DNA of 64,000 nt from Vicinamibacterales bacterium. Its GTDB lineage: Bacteria > Acidobacteriota > Vicinamibacteria > Vicinamibacterales > UBA2999. The translations under genes were made by a program, and so were the position numbers. Below, piece after piece: positions 32,358-45,185 of this stretch; positions within the stretch are counted from its first letter, which is position 1, and each line of letters begins with the position of its first letter. The notes under the pieces are model-generated. The model made no database searches, was not told where the DNA came from, and worked only from the letters and a program-made list of their open reading frames with translations. The DNA is taken from the NCBI GenBank assembly GCA_050247355.1, contig JBFWUK010000008.1:114358-178357 (forward strand). Reading direction: 5' to 3'.

Positions 32358-35300
32358 CTACCCGCCCAAGTCCTCGAGGAACTCGGTCACCTTAGCTAAG
32401 ACTCCATCGGGCGCCCTGGGGTCTTCCGGGGCGGCCTTCAGGATCTCGGCCTTGGTGAAGCCAGGAGTGACCTCCCCGGCCGTAGCCCGCGCTGTCCACC
32501 ACGCCGGCGCTCGTTTCTGACGGGCCGGCTTGTCCGCCCTGGCCTTGGCGAAGGCGGGCTTCTTCGCCTCGGCGGCAAGCTGAAGGGGGGTCTTGGGCCC
32601 GACTCCCGACTCCCGGCTCCCGGCTCCCGGCTGAGTTGCCCGAAGGTCAAGTTTCACCGTGCTGGGCGGCAGCAGCGTCAGATCTGCACGCTCCTGCACC
32701 ATCCCAATCAGGCGCAACGGGTCGACCCTGGCCTTGTCGCGGAACTTGAACACCACCAGCGATCCGTCGCGGTCGACGGTTTCTATGCCCAGGCCGTCGG
32801 CCATCACCCGAATGCGGGCGAAGTCGGCGAGGTTGAGCACCGCGGTCGGCGGCGGGCCGTAGCGATCGCGCAGTTCCTCGACGTTCCTGCCGATCTCTTC
32901 CTCGCTGCGCGCCCCGGCCATTCGCCGGTAGATCGTCAGGCGCTGGTTCATGTCGGGCACGTACTGCTCGTCGAGGCGGAAATCCACCTTCAGGTTCACG
33001 GTGGCCCGCACATCGTCTTCGAGGTCTTCGCCCTTCAGTTCGCGGATCGTCTCCTCGAGCAGCTTCATGTACATCTCGAAGCCGACGGCGTCGATGGTGC
33101 CGCTTTGCTCTCCGCCCAGCAGGTTGCCGGCGCCGCGAATCTCGAGGTCGAGCGCCGCCACGCGGAAGCCGCTGCCAAGGTCGCTGAACTCCTTCATGGC
33201 GGCCAGCCGCTTGCGGGCCACCGGCGACAGTGCCTCTTCGGGCGGAATCAGCAGGTACGCAAATGCGGCACGATCGCTGCGGCCGACCCGTCCCCGCAGC
33301 TGGTACAGCTGTGACAGGCCGTAGCGGTCCGCCCGGTTGATCACGATCGTGTTGGCGTTCGGGATGTCGAGGCCGTTTTCGACGATGGTGGTCGACAGCA
33401 GGACGTCACACTTGTGCAGCATGAAGTCGAGCATCGCCTTCTCGAGCGTGTCCTCGGCCATCTGGCCGTGGCCGACCACCACCCGGGCCTCGGGCACCAG
33501 GCGCTGGATCAGGTTGCCCATCGAGTAAATCGACTCGACGCGATTGTGGACGAAGAACACCTGCCCGCCGCGCGCCAGTTCGGCGCGAATGGCCCGGGTG
33601 ATCACCGCCGAATCGAACTTGACCACATTGGTCTGGATCGACAGGCGGTCCTTGGGAGGCGTTTCAATCACCGACATGTCGCGAATGCCGACCAGCGACA
33701 TGTTGAGCGTGCGTGGAATCGGCGTCGCGGTCATCGTCAGCACGTCGACCTTCTTGCGCATCTGCTTGATGCGCTCTTTGTGCGCGACGCCGAAGCGCTG
33801 CTCTTCGTCGACGACCAGCAGGCCGAGGTCCTTGAACTGCACGTCCTTTGACAGCAGGCGGTGGGTGCCGACGATGATGTCGAGTCGCCCGGCGGCAAGC
33901 GCCTCGAGCGTCTCTTTGATCTCGGCCTTGGTCCGGAAGCGGCTGACCATGTCGATCTTCGCCGGAAACGCGGCAAACCGTTCCGTCAGCGTCTTCAGGT
34001 GCTGCGCCGCGAGCACGGTGGTCGGGGCGAGGAAAGCAACCTGCTTGCCGTCCATCACCGCCTTGAACGCGGCTCGCATCGCAACCTCGGTCTTGCCGTA
34101 ACCGACGTCGCCGCACAACAGGCGATCCATCGGCGTGGGCGATTCCATGTCGCGCTTGATGTCGGCCACCGCGGTTGCCTGGTCGGGCGTCAGATCGAAC
34201 GCAAACGCGTCTTCGAACTCCTCCTGCCAATGCGTGTCGGCACTGAAGGCGTGGCCCGGCACCGCCTTGCGCGCGGCATAGAGCTTGAGCAGCTCCTCCG
34301 CCATGTCGCGCATGGCCTTCTTGACCTTGCTCTTGGCCTTCTCCCAGGTCTGGCCGCCCAGCCGATCGAGCGGCTGGCTCGGCGGACCGGTGTACTTCTG
34401 GATCAGGTCCAGGCGCTCGACCGGGACGAACAGCTTCGCATCGCCGTGATACTGGAGCTCGAGGAACTCCTGGACGATGTCGCCGCCGGCCACCGAGATC
34501 TGCTTCAGGCCGACGAACCGGCCGATGCCGTGATCGACATGAACGATGAGATCGTTGAGCTTGAGATCGCGCAGGTCCGAAAGGAAGGTCGCCGCGAGCG
34601 ATCGCTTGCGGCCGCCGCCGGTCTTGCGCCGCTCCTCCTCGAAGATGTCGGTCTCGACGTAGAGCTGGAGCGGCGTGTCTTCGGCACCGGCGGGCTTGAG
34701 GCGAAATCCCTTCGACAGCCAGCCCTCGGCAACCAGCACGGCGCCTGTCACGACGTCGCCGGCGTCGGTCGCCATCACCGCGCGCACGTCGTAGTCGCGC
34801 AGCAGCTCCACCGTCCGCTCGGCCCGCCCGTGCGTGCCGGCCACGAACACCACGCGGTCGGCCCGCTCCAGTGCCGCGCGGACATCGGCGACCCAGTCGG
34901 CAATGCGTCCGTGAAACGACGGCACGGGTTGGACCGCGAGATGGAGCGGCGGATCGTTGGACTCGCCTGATTCGTCATCCAGCCCAAGTTCTTCAACGAC
35001 AGTCGCGCCGTGAAGGCCGGTCTCGATTTCCGCCATCGAGAGCATCAGTTCCGCGGGCTTCGCCTTGAGGACCGCCGCGCCTTTGGTTGAGCGCTCGACG
35101 GCATCGGCATACGAGGTCTGGATCTGCTCCCACGCCGCCTCGATCTGCTTTTGCACATCCGCGGGCTCGGACAAGACGATGCTGTGGTCGCGGACGGCGT
35201 GGAGGTAGTCGAAGAGGGTCGAAGAGATCGACAAATCTGAAGGTTGGTCGCCGCGGGTGGTCGACTCGGCACCGGGCGTCGACTCGCGGACCGGAACCAG

Positions 35301-35996
35301 GCCGAAGCGGTCGAGCGTTTCGACCGAGCGCTGCGTGCCCGGATCGAAGCGCCGGATCGATTCGACGGTGTCGCCGATGAACTCAATCCGGATCGGCAGC
35401 TCCTCGCCGGCGGGAAAGATGTCGAGAATGCCGCCGCGCCGCGCGAACTCTCCGTGCGCGTCGACGGGGTCGGCCGGCTCGTAGCCGCCGGCGACCAGGG
35501 TGTCGGCCAGGGCCCGCGGGTCGATGTCGATGCCGGGGGTGATCTCGTACGAAGCGAGCAACAGGGACGCCGGGTCCGGCAGCCTGGTCAGCAGGCCGGC
35601 CGCCGATGCCACCACCACGCGGACCTTGTTCGTGACGAGTGCATGAAGGGCGCGGGCGCGAGCAGACGCGACCTTCAGGTGGGGTTGAAAACCGCGGTAG
35701 GGATCGACCTGCGGCGACGGAAACGGCAGCACCTGCTGCTCGATCACCGCATCGGCCGTGCCTTCGAGTGCGCCGAGGAAGAAGCGGATGTCGCTGACCG
35801 TCGTGTCGATGTCAGCGTCGACCGGCACGACCAGCAGGACAACGCCTTCGCGCAGCCCCCGGGCCGCAGCCGCCACGGCCAGCGCCCGTACAGGTGGGGT
35901 CGCGCCACTGACGCGCCGGGTGGGGGTGTGTAACCCGCTTTGCCCGAGAACCGAATTCAGCAGCGACCGTAACGCGAGTGACGGAGCGCTAGACAA
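32358..35996 (-). CDS. mfd: Transcription-repair coupling factor
   Basis: 1212 aa. CarD/RID-like region, DEAD/H helicase motifs LLCGDVGYGKTEVA, VVDEEQRFG, TATPIPRT, and a TRG-motif region. TTG start as given by the track. About 100-aa C-terminal extension. Confidence 0.95.
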   Translation of the reverse strand: MSSAPSLALRSLLNSVLGQSGLHTPTRRVSGATPPVRALAVAAAARGLREGVVLLVVPVDADIDTTVSDIRFFLGALEGTADAVIEQQVLPFPSPQVDPYRGFQPHLKVASARARALHALVTNKVRVVVASAAGLLTRLPDPASLLLASYEITPGIDIDPRALADTLVAGGYEPADPVDAHGEFARRGGILDIFPAGEELPIRIEFIGDTVESIRRFDPGTQRSVETLDRFGLVPVRESTPGAESTTRGDQPSDLSISSTLFDYLHAVRDHSIVLSEPADVQKQIEAAWEQIQTSYADAVERSTKGAAVLKAKPAELMLSMAEIETGLHGATVVEELGLDDESGESNDPPLHLAVQPVPSFHGRIADWVADVRAALERADRVVFVAGTHGRAERTVELLRDYDVRAVMATDAGDVVTGAVLVAEGWLSKGFRLKPAGAEDTPLQLYVETDIFEEERRKTGGGRKRSLAATFLSDLRDLKLNDLIVHVDHGIGRFVGLKQISVAGGDIVQEFLELQYHGDAKLFVPVERLDLIQKYTGPPSQPLDRLGGQTWEKAKSKVKKAMRDMAEELLKLYAARKAVPGHAFSADTHWQEEFEDAFAFDLTPDQATAVADIKRDMESPTPMDRLLCGDVGYGKTEVAMRAAFKAVMDGKQVAFLAPTTVLAAQHLKTLTERFAAFPAKIDMVSRFRTKAEIKETLEALAAGRLDIIVGTHRLLSKDVQFKDLGLLVVDEEQRFGVAHKERIKQMRKKVDVLTMTATPIPRTLNMSLVGIRDMSVIETPPKDRLSIQTNVVKFDSAVITRAIRAELARGGQVFFVHNRVESIYSMGNLIQRLVPEARVVVGHGQMAEDTLEKAMLDFMLHKCDVLLSTTIVENGLDIPNANTIVINRADRYGLSQLYQLRGRVGRSDRAAFAYLLIPPEEALSPVARKRLAAMKEFSDLGSGFRVAALDLEIRGAGNLLGGEQSGTIDAVGFEMYMKLLEETIRELKGEDLEDDVRATVNLKVDFRLDEQYVPDMNQRLTIYRRMAGARSEEEIGRNVEELRDRYGPPPTAVLNLADFARIRVMADGLGIETVDRDGSLVVFKFRDKARVDPLRLIGMVQERADLTLLPPSTVKLDLRATQPGAGSRESGVGPKTPLQLAAEAKKPAFAKARADKPARQKRAPAWWTARATAGEVTPGFTKAEILKAAPEDPRAPDGVLAKVTEFLEDLGG
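32601..32632. repeat. Heptamer array GACTCCC x2 + GGCTCCC x2.5 inside the mfd 3' region
   Basis: The same 7-mer as in the sigma54 activator gene. Translated on the minus strand as QPGAGSRESGVG. Confidence 0.85.
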
Positions 35997-36107
35997 ACTA
36001 CTGATTATAGCCGGGGGACTGAGTTGTGACGGGGCGGTACTTCCTGACGCGGTAGCAATACCTGACGGGGCCGTCTCGCGTCACGCGGCGTCGGCGTTCG
36101 CCACACG

Positions 36108-36572
36108 TCAGCTGCGAATGCGCTCGACGATGGCGGTGGTCGAGTAGCCCTTGGCGAGCTCGATACGGACGACCTTGCCGCCGCGGGCCTCGACGACGTC
36201 ACGCCCGACAATGGCGTCGGCGCCCCAATCGGCGCCCTTCACCAGCACGTCAGGTTGCAGGGCCGAGATGATCTCCAACGGTGTGTCTTCGTCGAACAAA
36301 ACCACGGCATCCACCGCGGTCAGCGCCGCCAGCACTTCGGCGCGCTCGTGCTCCGAATTGATCGGCCGATCCGGTGCCTTGTTCAAACCACGGGTTGAGC
36401 GGTCGCTGTTGACGCCGACGATCAGCACATCGCCCAGGGCCCGGGCATCGCGCAGATACCGGGTGTGGCCGGGGTGCAGGACATCGAAGACGCCGTTGGT
36501 GAAGACGATGCTCTGACCGGCGCTTCGCGCGCGGTTCACCAATGCGATGGCTTCGCCTCTGGATAGAACCAT
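36108..36572 (-). CDS. rfaE2: D-glycero-beta-D-manno-heptose 1-phosphate adenylyltransferase (RfaE domain II type)
   Basis: 154 aa. FTNGVFDVLHPGHTRYLRDARALGDVLIVGVNSD: cytidylyltransferase HxGH motif and RfaE-II pattern. Confidence 0.8.
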   Translation of the reverse strand: MVLSRGEAIALVNRARSAGQSIVFTNGVFDVLHPGHTRYLRDARALGDVLIVGVNSDRSTRGLNKAPDRPINSEHERAEVLAALTAVDAVVLFDEDTPLEIISALQPDVLVKGADWGADAIVGRDVVEARGGKVVRIELAKGYSTTAIVERIRS

Positions 36573-36581
36573 GTGGTATCA

Positions 36582-36599
36582 GTCCGCCTGAAGGCGGAC
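36582..36599. repeat. REP-like hairpin GTCCGCC-TGAA-GGCGGAC + tail GCTACAT
   Basis: Fills the 33-nt wzt/rfaE2 spacer. Confidence 0.85.
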
Positions 36600-36605
36600 G
36601 CTACA

Positions 36606-37964
36606 TTACGGTGCCGAGCCCTTGAAAGTAATCCCGCCGCCGAAGGTCCAGCGATGGGACGGCCGGTAGATACCGACGTCCCTGATCTTCGACTTCACTC
36701 GGAAGGTGTAGAGCAGCCGGTGGTAGTCATAGGGATAACCATCGGCCTTGTGGGCCGCCAGGTCGAGGCGGTAGGTGCCTTCCACCAGGTCGAGGCTGTC
36801 GATTTCGAACGTCACCGCGCCCTCGCCGGTGATTTCGCTCGGCTGGAACTCCTCGAGGTTGGTGTTGGTGCCGTAAACACAGACGCCGTCGGCGTTGAAC
36901 AGCCCAAGCCCGAACACGAAGTCGGTGGTTGGCTCCTTGGCCGTCACCGTCATGTTGACGGTGATCGCGTCGCCGCTCTGGAACACGTGTCCCGACTCGC
37001 CGTCGGGACCGCTGATCGAGACGTTGGTAATCTCGATCTCGCGCGTGCCCCAGCGCCCCTCCGTCGCCTTGAACCCGTCGCGCACCGTCTCGGCATCGTC
37101 GACGGGATTCGCGGGTGCGCTCTCGCCGTCGACGTCGGGCGGCGGCGCCTGGGGAGCTTCCGACGCTGAGGCCGCCAGGCGGGCGGCCTCAGCCTTGGCC
37201 AGCGAGTGTTCCTCGCTGTCCTCCACGTTCATCACGTAGGCGGCGACCACCTTCTTGGGATCGCCTTCGCCCTTCGACACTCCCTTGTCCAGCCAGTGCG
37301 CCTCGTCGCAGAACTTCTCGACCAGGTCGAGCGAGTGCGTGACCAGCAGGATCGACTTGTTGCGGCGGCGGAACTCCGAGAATTTGTCGAGGCACTTGTG
37401 GGTGAACCCCTGGTCGCCGACCGCCAGCACCTCGTCGACCAGCAGCACCTCCGGGTCGACGTGAATGGCGACGGCAAAACCCAGCCGCATGTACATGCCC
37501 GACGAGTAGGTCTTCACCGGGGCGTCGATGAAATCCTGCATCTCGGCAAACTCGACGATTTCGTCGAAGCGGCGCATCACCTCTTTCTTGCTGAGGCCAA
37601 GCATGATGCCGTTGATGAAGATATTCTCGCGGCCGGAAATTTCGGGATGGAAGCCGGCGCCCAGCTCGATCAGCGCCGAAATGCGGCCATCCACCTTCAC
37701 TTCACCCTCGGTCGGCCGCGAGATGCCGGCGACGCATTTGAGCAGCGTGCTCTTGCCCGATCCGTTGCTGCCGATCACCCCGTAGGTGCAGCCCTTCGGC
37801 ACCGAGAACGACACGTTCTTCAGCGCCTGGAACGTCTCGTCCGGCTTCAGGTCGCCAAGCAGGCTGCCGTCGAGCAACGCCGACTTGAGCGTGGCAAACT
37901 GCCGCCGCCGCGCGTAGCGCCGGTAAACCTTCGACACGTTGATAACGTCGATGGCGGGCTTCAT
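36606..37964 (-). CDS. wzt: Polysaccharide ABC exporter ATP-binding protein (Wzt/TagH type) with C-terminal glycan-binding-like domain
   Basis: Walker A GSNGSGKST, signature YSSGMYMRLGFA, Walker B LLVDEVLAVGD. An extra ~200-aa beta-rich C-terminal domain. ATG 37964 (MKPAIDVINVSKVY) preferred. Confidence 0.85.
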   Translation of the reverse strand: MKPAIDVINVSKVYRRYARRRQFATLKSALLDGSLLGDLKPDETFQALKNVSFSVPKGCTYGVIGSNGSGKSTLLKCVAGISRPTEGEVKVDGRISALIELGAGFHPEISGRENIFINGIMLGLSKKEVMRRFDEIVEFAEMQDFIDAPVKTYSSGMYMRLGFAVAIHVDPEVLLVDEVLAVGDQGFTHKCLDKFSEFRRRNKSILLVTHSLDLVEKFCDEAHWLDKGVSKGEGDPKKVVAAYVMNVEDSEEHSLAKAEAARLAASASEAPQAPPPDVDGESAPANPVDDAETVRDGFKATEGRWGTREIEITNVSISGPDGESGHVFQSGDAITVNMTVTAKEPTTDFVFGLGLFNADGVCVYGTNTNLEEFQPSEITGEGAVTFEIDSLDLVEGTYRLDLAAHKADGYPYDYHRLLYTFRVKSKIRDVGIYRPSHRWTFGGGITFKGSAP

Positions 37965-37973
37965 AAAGACATC

Positions 37974-38083
37974 AGCCACCGAGGACTCAGAGAACACAGA
38001 GCAATCTTTGGAAATGCAAAGACAAGCAACACCGCGGCAGACCCAAAAGGTCTTCCTCCGTGTCCTCGGTGTCCTCTGTGGCT
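37974..38083. repeat. MITE-like element with ~28-nt terminal inverted repeats made of CACAGAGGA 9-mers (copy B)
   Basis: Left arm agccaccgaggactcagagaacacagag. Right arm ctccgtgtcctcggtgtcctctgtggct. Lies in the wzm/wzt spacer. Confidence 0.8.
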
Positions 38084-38088
38084 AACTC

Positions 38089-38886
38089 TCATACCTCTTC
38101 CGCAAAGCTGTCTCTCAACCGATCGAACACGAAGTAGCCGGCGAAGAACACCACCACCGAGATGCCGCCCAGCGCCAGCAGCCACTTGTAGTGGCCGTGC
38201 GGCCCCGGGAAGAACAGGACCTCCTGGTACGAGATCATCAGGTGCGTCATCGGGTTCAGGTTGAGCCACCAGCGCAGGTCTTCCGGCGCCGTCAGCATCG
38301 GGTAGATGATCGGAGTCGAGAAGAACCACAGCGTCAGCAGGTTGCCCAGCAGGTCCTTGACGTCGCGGAAGTGCACGGTCAGGGCCGACAGGAACAGCGC
38401 CAGCCCGGTGGTCAGCACCAGCTGCACCAGGACGATGACCGGGAACCACAGCAGCTCGAGCGGGTCGACCGGCCGCTGGTAGTAAACGATGAAGGCGGCG
38501 AGAATCGGCAGCCCGAGGAAGAAGTGCACCATGTTCGCCAGCACGGTGACGATCGGCAGCACTTCCGCCGGGAACAGGACCTTCTTGATCAGGTTGCCGC
38601 CGGCAATCAGCGTGTTGGACGACTCGAGCAGCGACGACGAGAACCAGGTCCACGGCAGGATGCCGCAGAACATGAACAGCGCGTACGGCTCCATTTCGGC
38701 CGGGTGGATGCCGACCATCACCTTCGTGAACACGAAGGTGTAGATCAGCAGCAACATCAGTGGATTGAAGAACGACCAGAAGAACCCGAGGACCGAGCCG
38801 CGGTAGCGGGCCTTGAGATCGCGGACGACCAGAGTCTGGATCAGCCCGCGGTAGCGGAACAGCTTGGCAAGGTTCTGCAGCATCAC
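38089..38886 (-). CDS. wzm: ABC-2 type polysaccharide exporter permease (Wzm/TagG type)
   Basis: 265 aa, 6 TM segments, ABC-2 pattern. GTG 38886 or ATG 38883 start. Confidence 0.85.
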   Translation of the reverse strand: MMLQNLAKLFRYRGLIQTLVVRDLKARYRGSVLGFFWSFFNPLMLLLIYTFVFTKVMVGIHPAEMEPYALFMFCGILPWTWFSSSLLESSNTLIAGGNLIKKVLFPAEVLPIVTVLANMVHFFLGLPILAAFIVYYQRPVDPLELLWFPVIVLVQLVLTTGLALFLSALTVHFRDVKDLLGNLLTLWFFSTPIIYPMLTAPEDLRWWLNLNPMTHLMISYQEVLFFPGPHGHYKWLLALGGISVVVFFAGYFVFDRLRDSFAEEV

Positions 38887-38889
38887 AAG

Positions 38890-38943
38890 GTCCGGCTAAA
38901 GCCGGACGCCACATTGGCATGTAGCATCCGCCTTTAGGCGGAT
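38890..38943. repeat. Two REP-like hairpins in the atpC/wzm spacer
   Basis: gtccggc-taaa-gccggac + gccacattgg (38890-38917), and atccgcc-ttta-ggcggat (38926-38943). Confidence 0.85.
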
Positions 38944-38947
38944 AGTG

Positions 38948-39361
38948 TCACACACCCCGCCGGCTCTCCGCCTGCAGTTGCTGCAACGTGCGGAGCATGG
39001 CCAGCCGCGCCCGCTCGAAGTCGATTTCGTGGGGCACGGCGCCCATCACTTCCTCGGCGCGGGCCATGCCGGCCTCGGCACGCGACTGGTCGAGATCCTC
39101 GGCGCGTTCGGCCACCTGCGCCAGCACCGAGACCTTGTCGGGCAGCACTTCGACGAAACCGACCGACACCAGCAGGCTGTGCTTCTCGGCGCCTTGCCGG
39201 TACCACATCGCGCCGGTGCGCAGCGCGGTGAAGAACGGCGTGTGCCCTGGCAGCACGCCGAAATCTCCCTCGACGCCCGGCAACGAGACCTCGTCCACTT
39301 CCTGCGAAATGGAGTGGTCGGGCGAGACGATGTGCAGCGTCAACTTCGTCGGCAGCGCCAT
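38948..39361 (-). CDS. atpC: F1 ATP synthase subunit epsilon
   Basis: 137 aa from ATG 39361: LTLHIVSPDHSISQEVDEVSLPGVEGDFGVLPGHTPFFTAL. 4-nt gap after the atpD stop. Confidence 0.88.
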   Translation of the reverse strand: MALPTKLTLHIVSPDHSISQEVDEVSLPGVEGDFGVLPGHTPFFTALRTGAMWYRQGAEKHSLLVSVGFVEVLPDKVSVLAQVAERAEDLDQSRAEAGMARAEEVMGAVPHEIDFERARLAMLRTLQQLQAESRRGV

Positions 39362-39365
39362 GGTG

Positions 39366-40917
<1,552 letters not shown>

Positions 40918-40918
<1 letters not shown>

Positions 40919-41790
40919 TATGTCGCTTGCGCTCCCGAAACCACTTCGATAATTTCACGCGTAATCGCGGCCTGACGGACCTTGTTCATGTAGAGCGTCA
41001 GCCGATCGACCATTTCCTTCGCGTTGCGCGTGGCGCTGTCCATCGACTGCATGCGCGCGGCGTGCTCGGCGGCCGACGATTCGAGCAGCGCGCGATTGAC
41101 CTGCACCGCCACGTGCATTGGCAGCAGCGTGTTCAGCAACTGCTGCGGATCGGGCTCGAACAGGTAATCGGCCCCTTGAACCGCCGGTGCCTCAGCCTCA
41201 AGGCGAGGAATGGGCAACAGCTTCTCGATCACCACGCGCTGGGAAATGACCGACTTGAACTCGTTGTAAACCAGGTAGACCGAACTGATGTCTGGACCGA
41301 GGAATTCCTTGATCGCGGTGGAGGCAATCGCCTGCGCGTGCGACCACTTGACGTTCTGGAACAGCCCGATCTCTTCGTACATCACGTCGAAGCCGCGGCG
41401 CTGGAAGAAGTCGCGCGCCTTGCGGCCGACCAGCGCCATGGCGACGTCGCGGCCGTCGGGCGACTTCGGCTGGTCGATCGTGAACTGCAGCGCGGCCTTG
41501 GCGACGTTGGTGTTGAAGCTGCCGCACAGGCCGCGGTCGGCGGTGATCACGATCAGCAGCGTGCGCGCCGCCAGCGGATCGTCGTTGAGCAGCGGGTGGG
41601 CGGCGTGGTCGGTCCGCGTCGCCAGGTTGTTGAACACCCGCAGCATCTCCTGAGCGTACGGACGGCTCTTGAGAATGCGCTCCTGCGCCCGGCGCAGCTT
41701 GGACGACGAGACCATTTTCATGGCCTTCGTGATCTGCTGCGTCGACTTGACCGCGCGAACGCGCCGGCGAATGTCTATCAGTGAAGGCAT
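40918..41790 (-). CDS. atpG: F1 ATP synthase subunit gamma
   Basis: 290 aa. IDIRRRVRAVKSTQQITKAMKMVSSSKLRRAQ N-terminus and ITREIIEVVSGA C-terminus. Confidence 0.95.
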
Positions 41791-41793
41791 CGG

Positions 41794-43329
<1,536 letters not shown>

Positions 43330-43340
43330 AAGCTTCTTGG

Positions 43341-43463
43341 GTCCGCCTAAAGGCGGACGCTACATCCCCACCAATGTGGTGTCCGGCTTCAGCCGGACCT
43401 TGCTGGTCCCACTAATGTGGCGTCCGGCTTAACCGGACTGTGCCAGTCCGCCTGAAGGCGGAC
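43341..43463. repeat. BIME-like cluster of four REP-like hairpins (atpH/atpA spacer)
   Basis: Hairpins at 43341-43358 (+gctacatcc), 43381-43398 (preceded by ccaatgtggt), 43422-43438 (preceded by ctaatgtggc) and 43446-43463. Orientations alternate. Confidence 0.88.
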
Positions 43464-43464
43464 T

Positions 43465-44007
43465 CTACTTGACTAACTCCTGCCTCAGCCGCTGCAACTG
43501 CGTGCGCACGCTGCCGTCGTACACCGTGCTGCCAATCGTCGCCACCACCCCGCCAAGCAGCTCGGGATCGACGCGGACCGATAGATCCACCTGCTTGCCG
43601 GTCACCTTGCCGAGGCTGTCGGCCAGCGCCTTCGTCTTCTCGGGCGACAGGGCCACCGCGCTGGTCACTTCGGCGCGGACAATGTTCTGGTGCTTGAGCA
43701 GCCGATCGCGAAAGGCGGCCGCGAGCTCGGGAATGAAGGCGAGCTTGCGGCTTTGCGCCAGCAACACCAGCAGCTTCTTCACCGGCGCGCTCAGGCTCAT
43801 CTTGTCGGCGACCGCTTCCATCAGCGACTGGCGGGCGGCGTCGGTCACGCCGCTGCGGCCCGAGGCGTCGGCCAGCTCGGGGCTGGCGCTCATCATGGCG
43901 ACCACGGCCTGCAGGTCGCGATCGATTTGCGCGAGGTCGTTCTTCTCCTCGAGGGCGACGTCGAACAGCGCTTTGGCGTAGCGATTGGCCGAAGTTCTCA
44001 GCGACAT
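43465..44007 (-). CDS. atpH: F1 ATP synthase subunit delta (OSCP)
   Basis: 180 aa. RYAKALFDVALEE N-terminus and OSCP-like C-terminus. TAATG overlap with atpF. Confidence 0.85.
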   Translation of the reverse strand: MSLRTSANRYAKALFDVALEEKNDLAQIDRDLQAVVAMMSASPELADASGRSGVTDAARQSLMEAVADKMSLSAPVKKLLVLLAQSRKLAFIPELAAAFRDRLLKHQNIVRAEVTSAVALSPEKTKALADSLGKVTGKQVDLSVRVDPELLGGVVATIGSTVYDGSVRTQLQRLRQELVK

Positions 44008-44633
44008 TAGTTGTTCTTGACCTGGTTCAGGTACTGGTCGACGAGCCGGTCCTGATCGGCGGCGGTCGTTTCCTTCTTGATGCGCTCGGTGGCCAGCGCC
44101 ACTGACAGGTCGGCGGCGTGCTCGAGAATGTCCTTCTTCGCCAGTCGCACCTGCAGGTCGATCTCGCGGCGTGTCTGCTCGAGCAGGCGTTCGCGATCGG
44201 CGGCGGCGGCGGCGGCGATGCGCTGCTCCTCGGCGACGATGTCTTCGGCGCCGCGGCTGCGCAGCGTGTTCAATTCACCGGGCAGGGCTTGCAGCTTCTG
44301 TTCGATGGCGGCGAGCTGGGCGGTGGCCGCAGCCTTGAGTTCCGCCGCCTCGACGAGGTCCTTGCGAATGGTGGCGCTGCGCGTGGCAAGGTATTCCTTC
44401 AGGGGACCGTTGCCGAAGTAGTAGATCACGCCGACGAAGATGATGAAGTTGGCGATCGGCCAGCCGAGCCCGAGCAGCATTTCGCCGATGCTCTGGTCGT
44501 GGTGTGCACCGTCCGCTGCCGGCGCGTGCTCCTGGGCGAAGGTCACGGCCGAAAACAGCAGCACCAAGGCCGCCGTCACGGCGGCGCCTAGTTTGTTCTT
44601 TAATTCACAAGCGGCGAGGAATGTGGTCTGCAC
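44007..44633 (-). CDS. atpF: F0 ATP synthase subunit b
   Basis: 208 aa. One TM segment (WPIANFIIFVGVIYYF), then a long charged Ala/Glu/Arg helix. Unusually long N-terminal signal-like extension. Confidence 0.78.
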   Translation of the reverse strand: MQTTFLAACELKNKLGAAVTAALVLLFSAVTFAQEHAPAADGAHHDQSIGEMLLGLGWPIANFIIFVGVIYYFGNGPLKEYLATRSATIRKDLVEAAELKAAATAQLAAIEQKLQALPGELNTLRSRGAEDIVAEEQRIAAAAAADRERLLEQTRREIDLQVRLAKKDILEHAADLSVALATERIKKETTAADQDRLVDQYLNQVKNN

Positions 44634-44653
44634 TACTGGTTCCTGCCTTGTTA

Positions 44654-45079
44654 CTAGGAAGCCCGGCCGAGCACGCGGTTGACAATGGCGCCGGCCAAGT
44701 TGTTTGCGTCACGGTCGAGCGTCTCGCGGGCGGCCTGGGATTCCTGCTGCACCCGGGCGGTGGCGGACTTCAATTCCCGTTCGACGGTGGCGCGGGTGTC
44801 GGCAAGCAGCGCGGCGCGCTTGTCGAGCGCGGCCTTTCGCATGTCATCCATCTGCCCGTACACCTCGGCGCGCGCCGCATTGAGTTTCTGATCGTATTCA
44901 GCGGATGCCGCCGCCGCTTTGTGCGCCGCGGATTCGGCGAGCTCGCGCGCGCCCCGCACGGCGTTGGTGCGTTGATCGATGACCTGCAGGATCGGCTTGA
45001 ACACCAGGCTGTTCAACAGATAGGTGCACAAGAGCAGGAAAGCGACGACCCAAAGGGTGGTTATGTCTGGTGTTAACAA
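44654..45079 (-). CDS. F0 ATP synthase subunit b' (second b-type subunit)
   Basis: 141 aa. TM segment LWVVAFLLLCTYLLNSLVFKPI, then a charged helix. TTG start as given by the track. Confidence 0.72.
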   Translation of the reverse strand: MLTPDITTLWVVAFLLLCTYLLNSLVFKPILQVIDQRTNAVRGARELAESAAHKAAAASAEYDQKLNAARAEVYGQMDDMRKAALDKRAALLADTRATVERELKSATARVQQESQAARETLDRDANNLAGAIVNRVLGRAS

Positions 45080-45185
45080 ACGTCTAAATGTATCACGGTC
45101 AGACGGACGGGGGCCACAGGGGACACCGAGAACTGAGAGCCAATACCCGTGCCCAGAACGCTATAAATTTGGGCAAACGACAAAA

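Noticed and set aside
45080-45185. Possible hidden atpE (c subunit) gene upstream of atpF', or downstream of atpB at 7874-7976.
   Set aside because: The spacers are only 106 and 103 nt and are filled with repeats. That is too short for a 70-85-aa c subunit, and no hydrophobic hairpin ORF exists in any frame.
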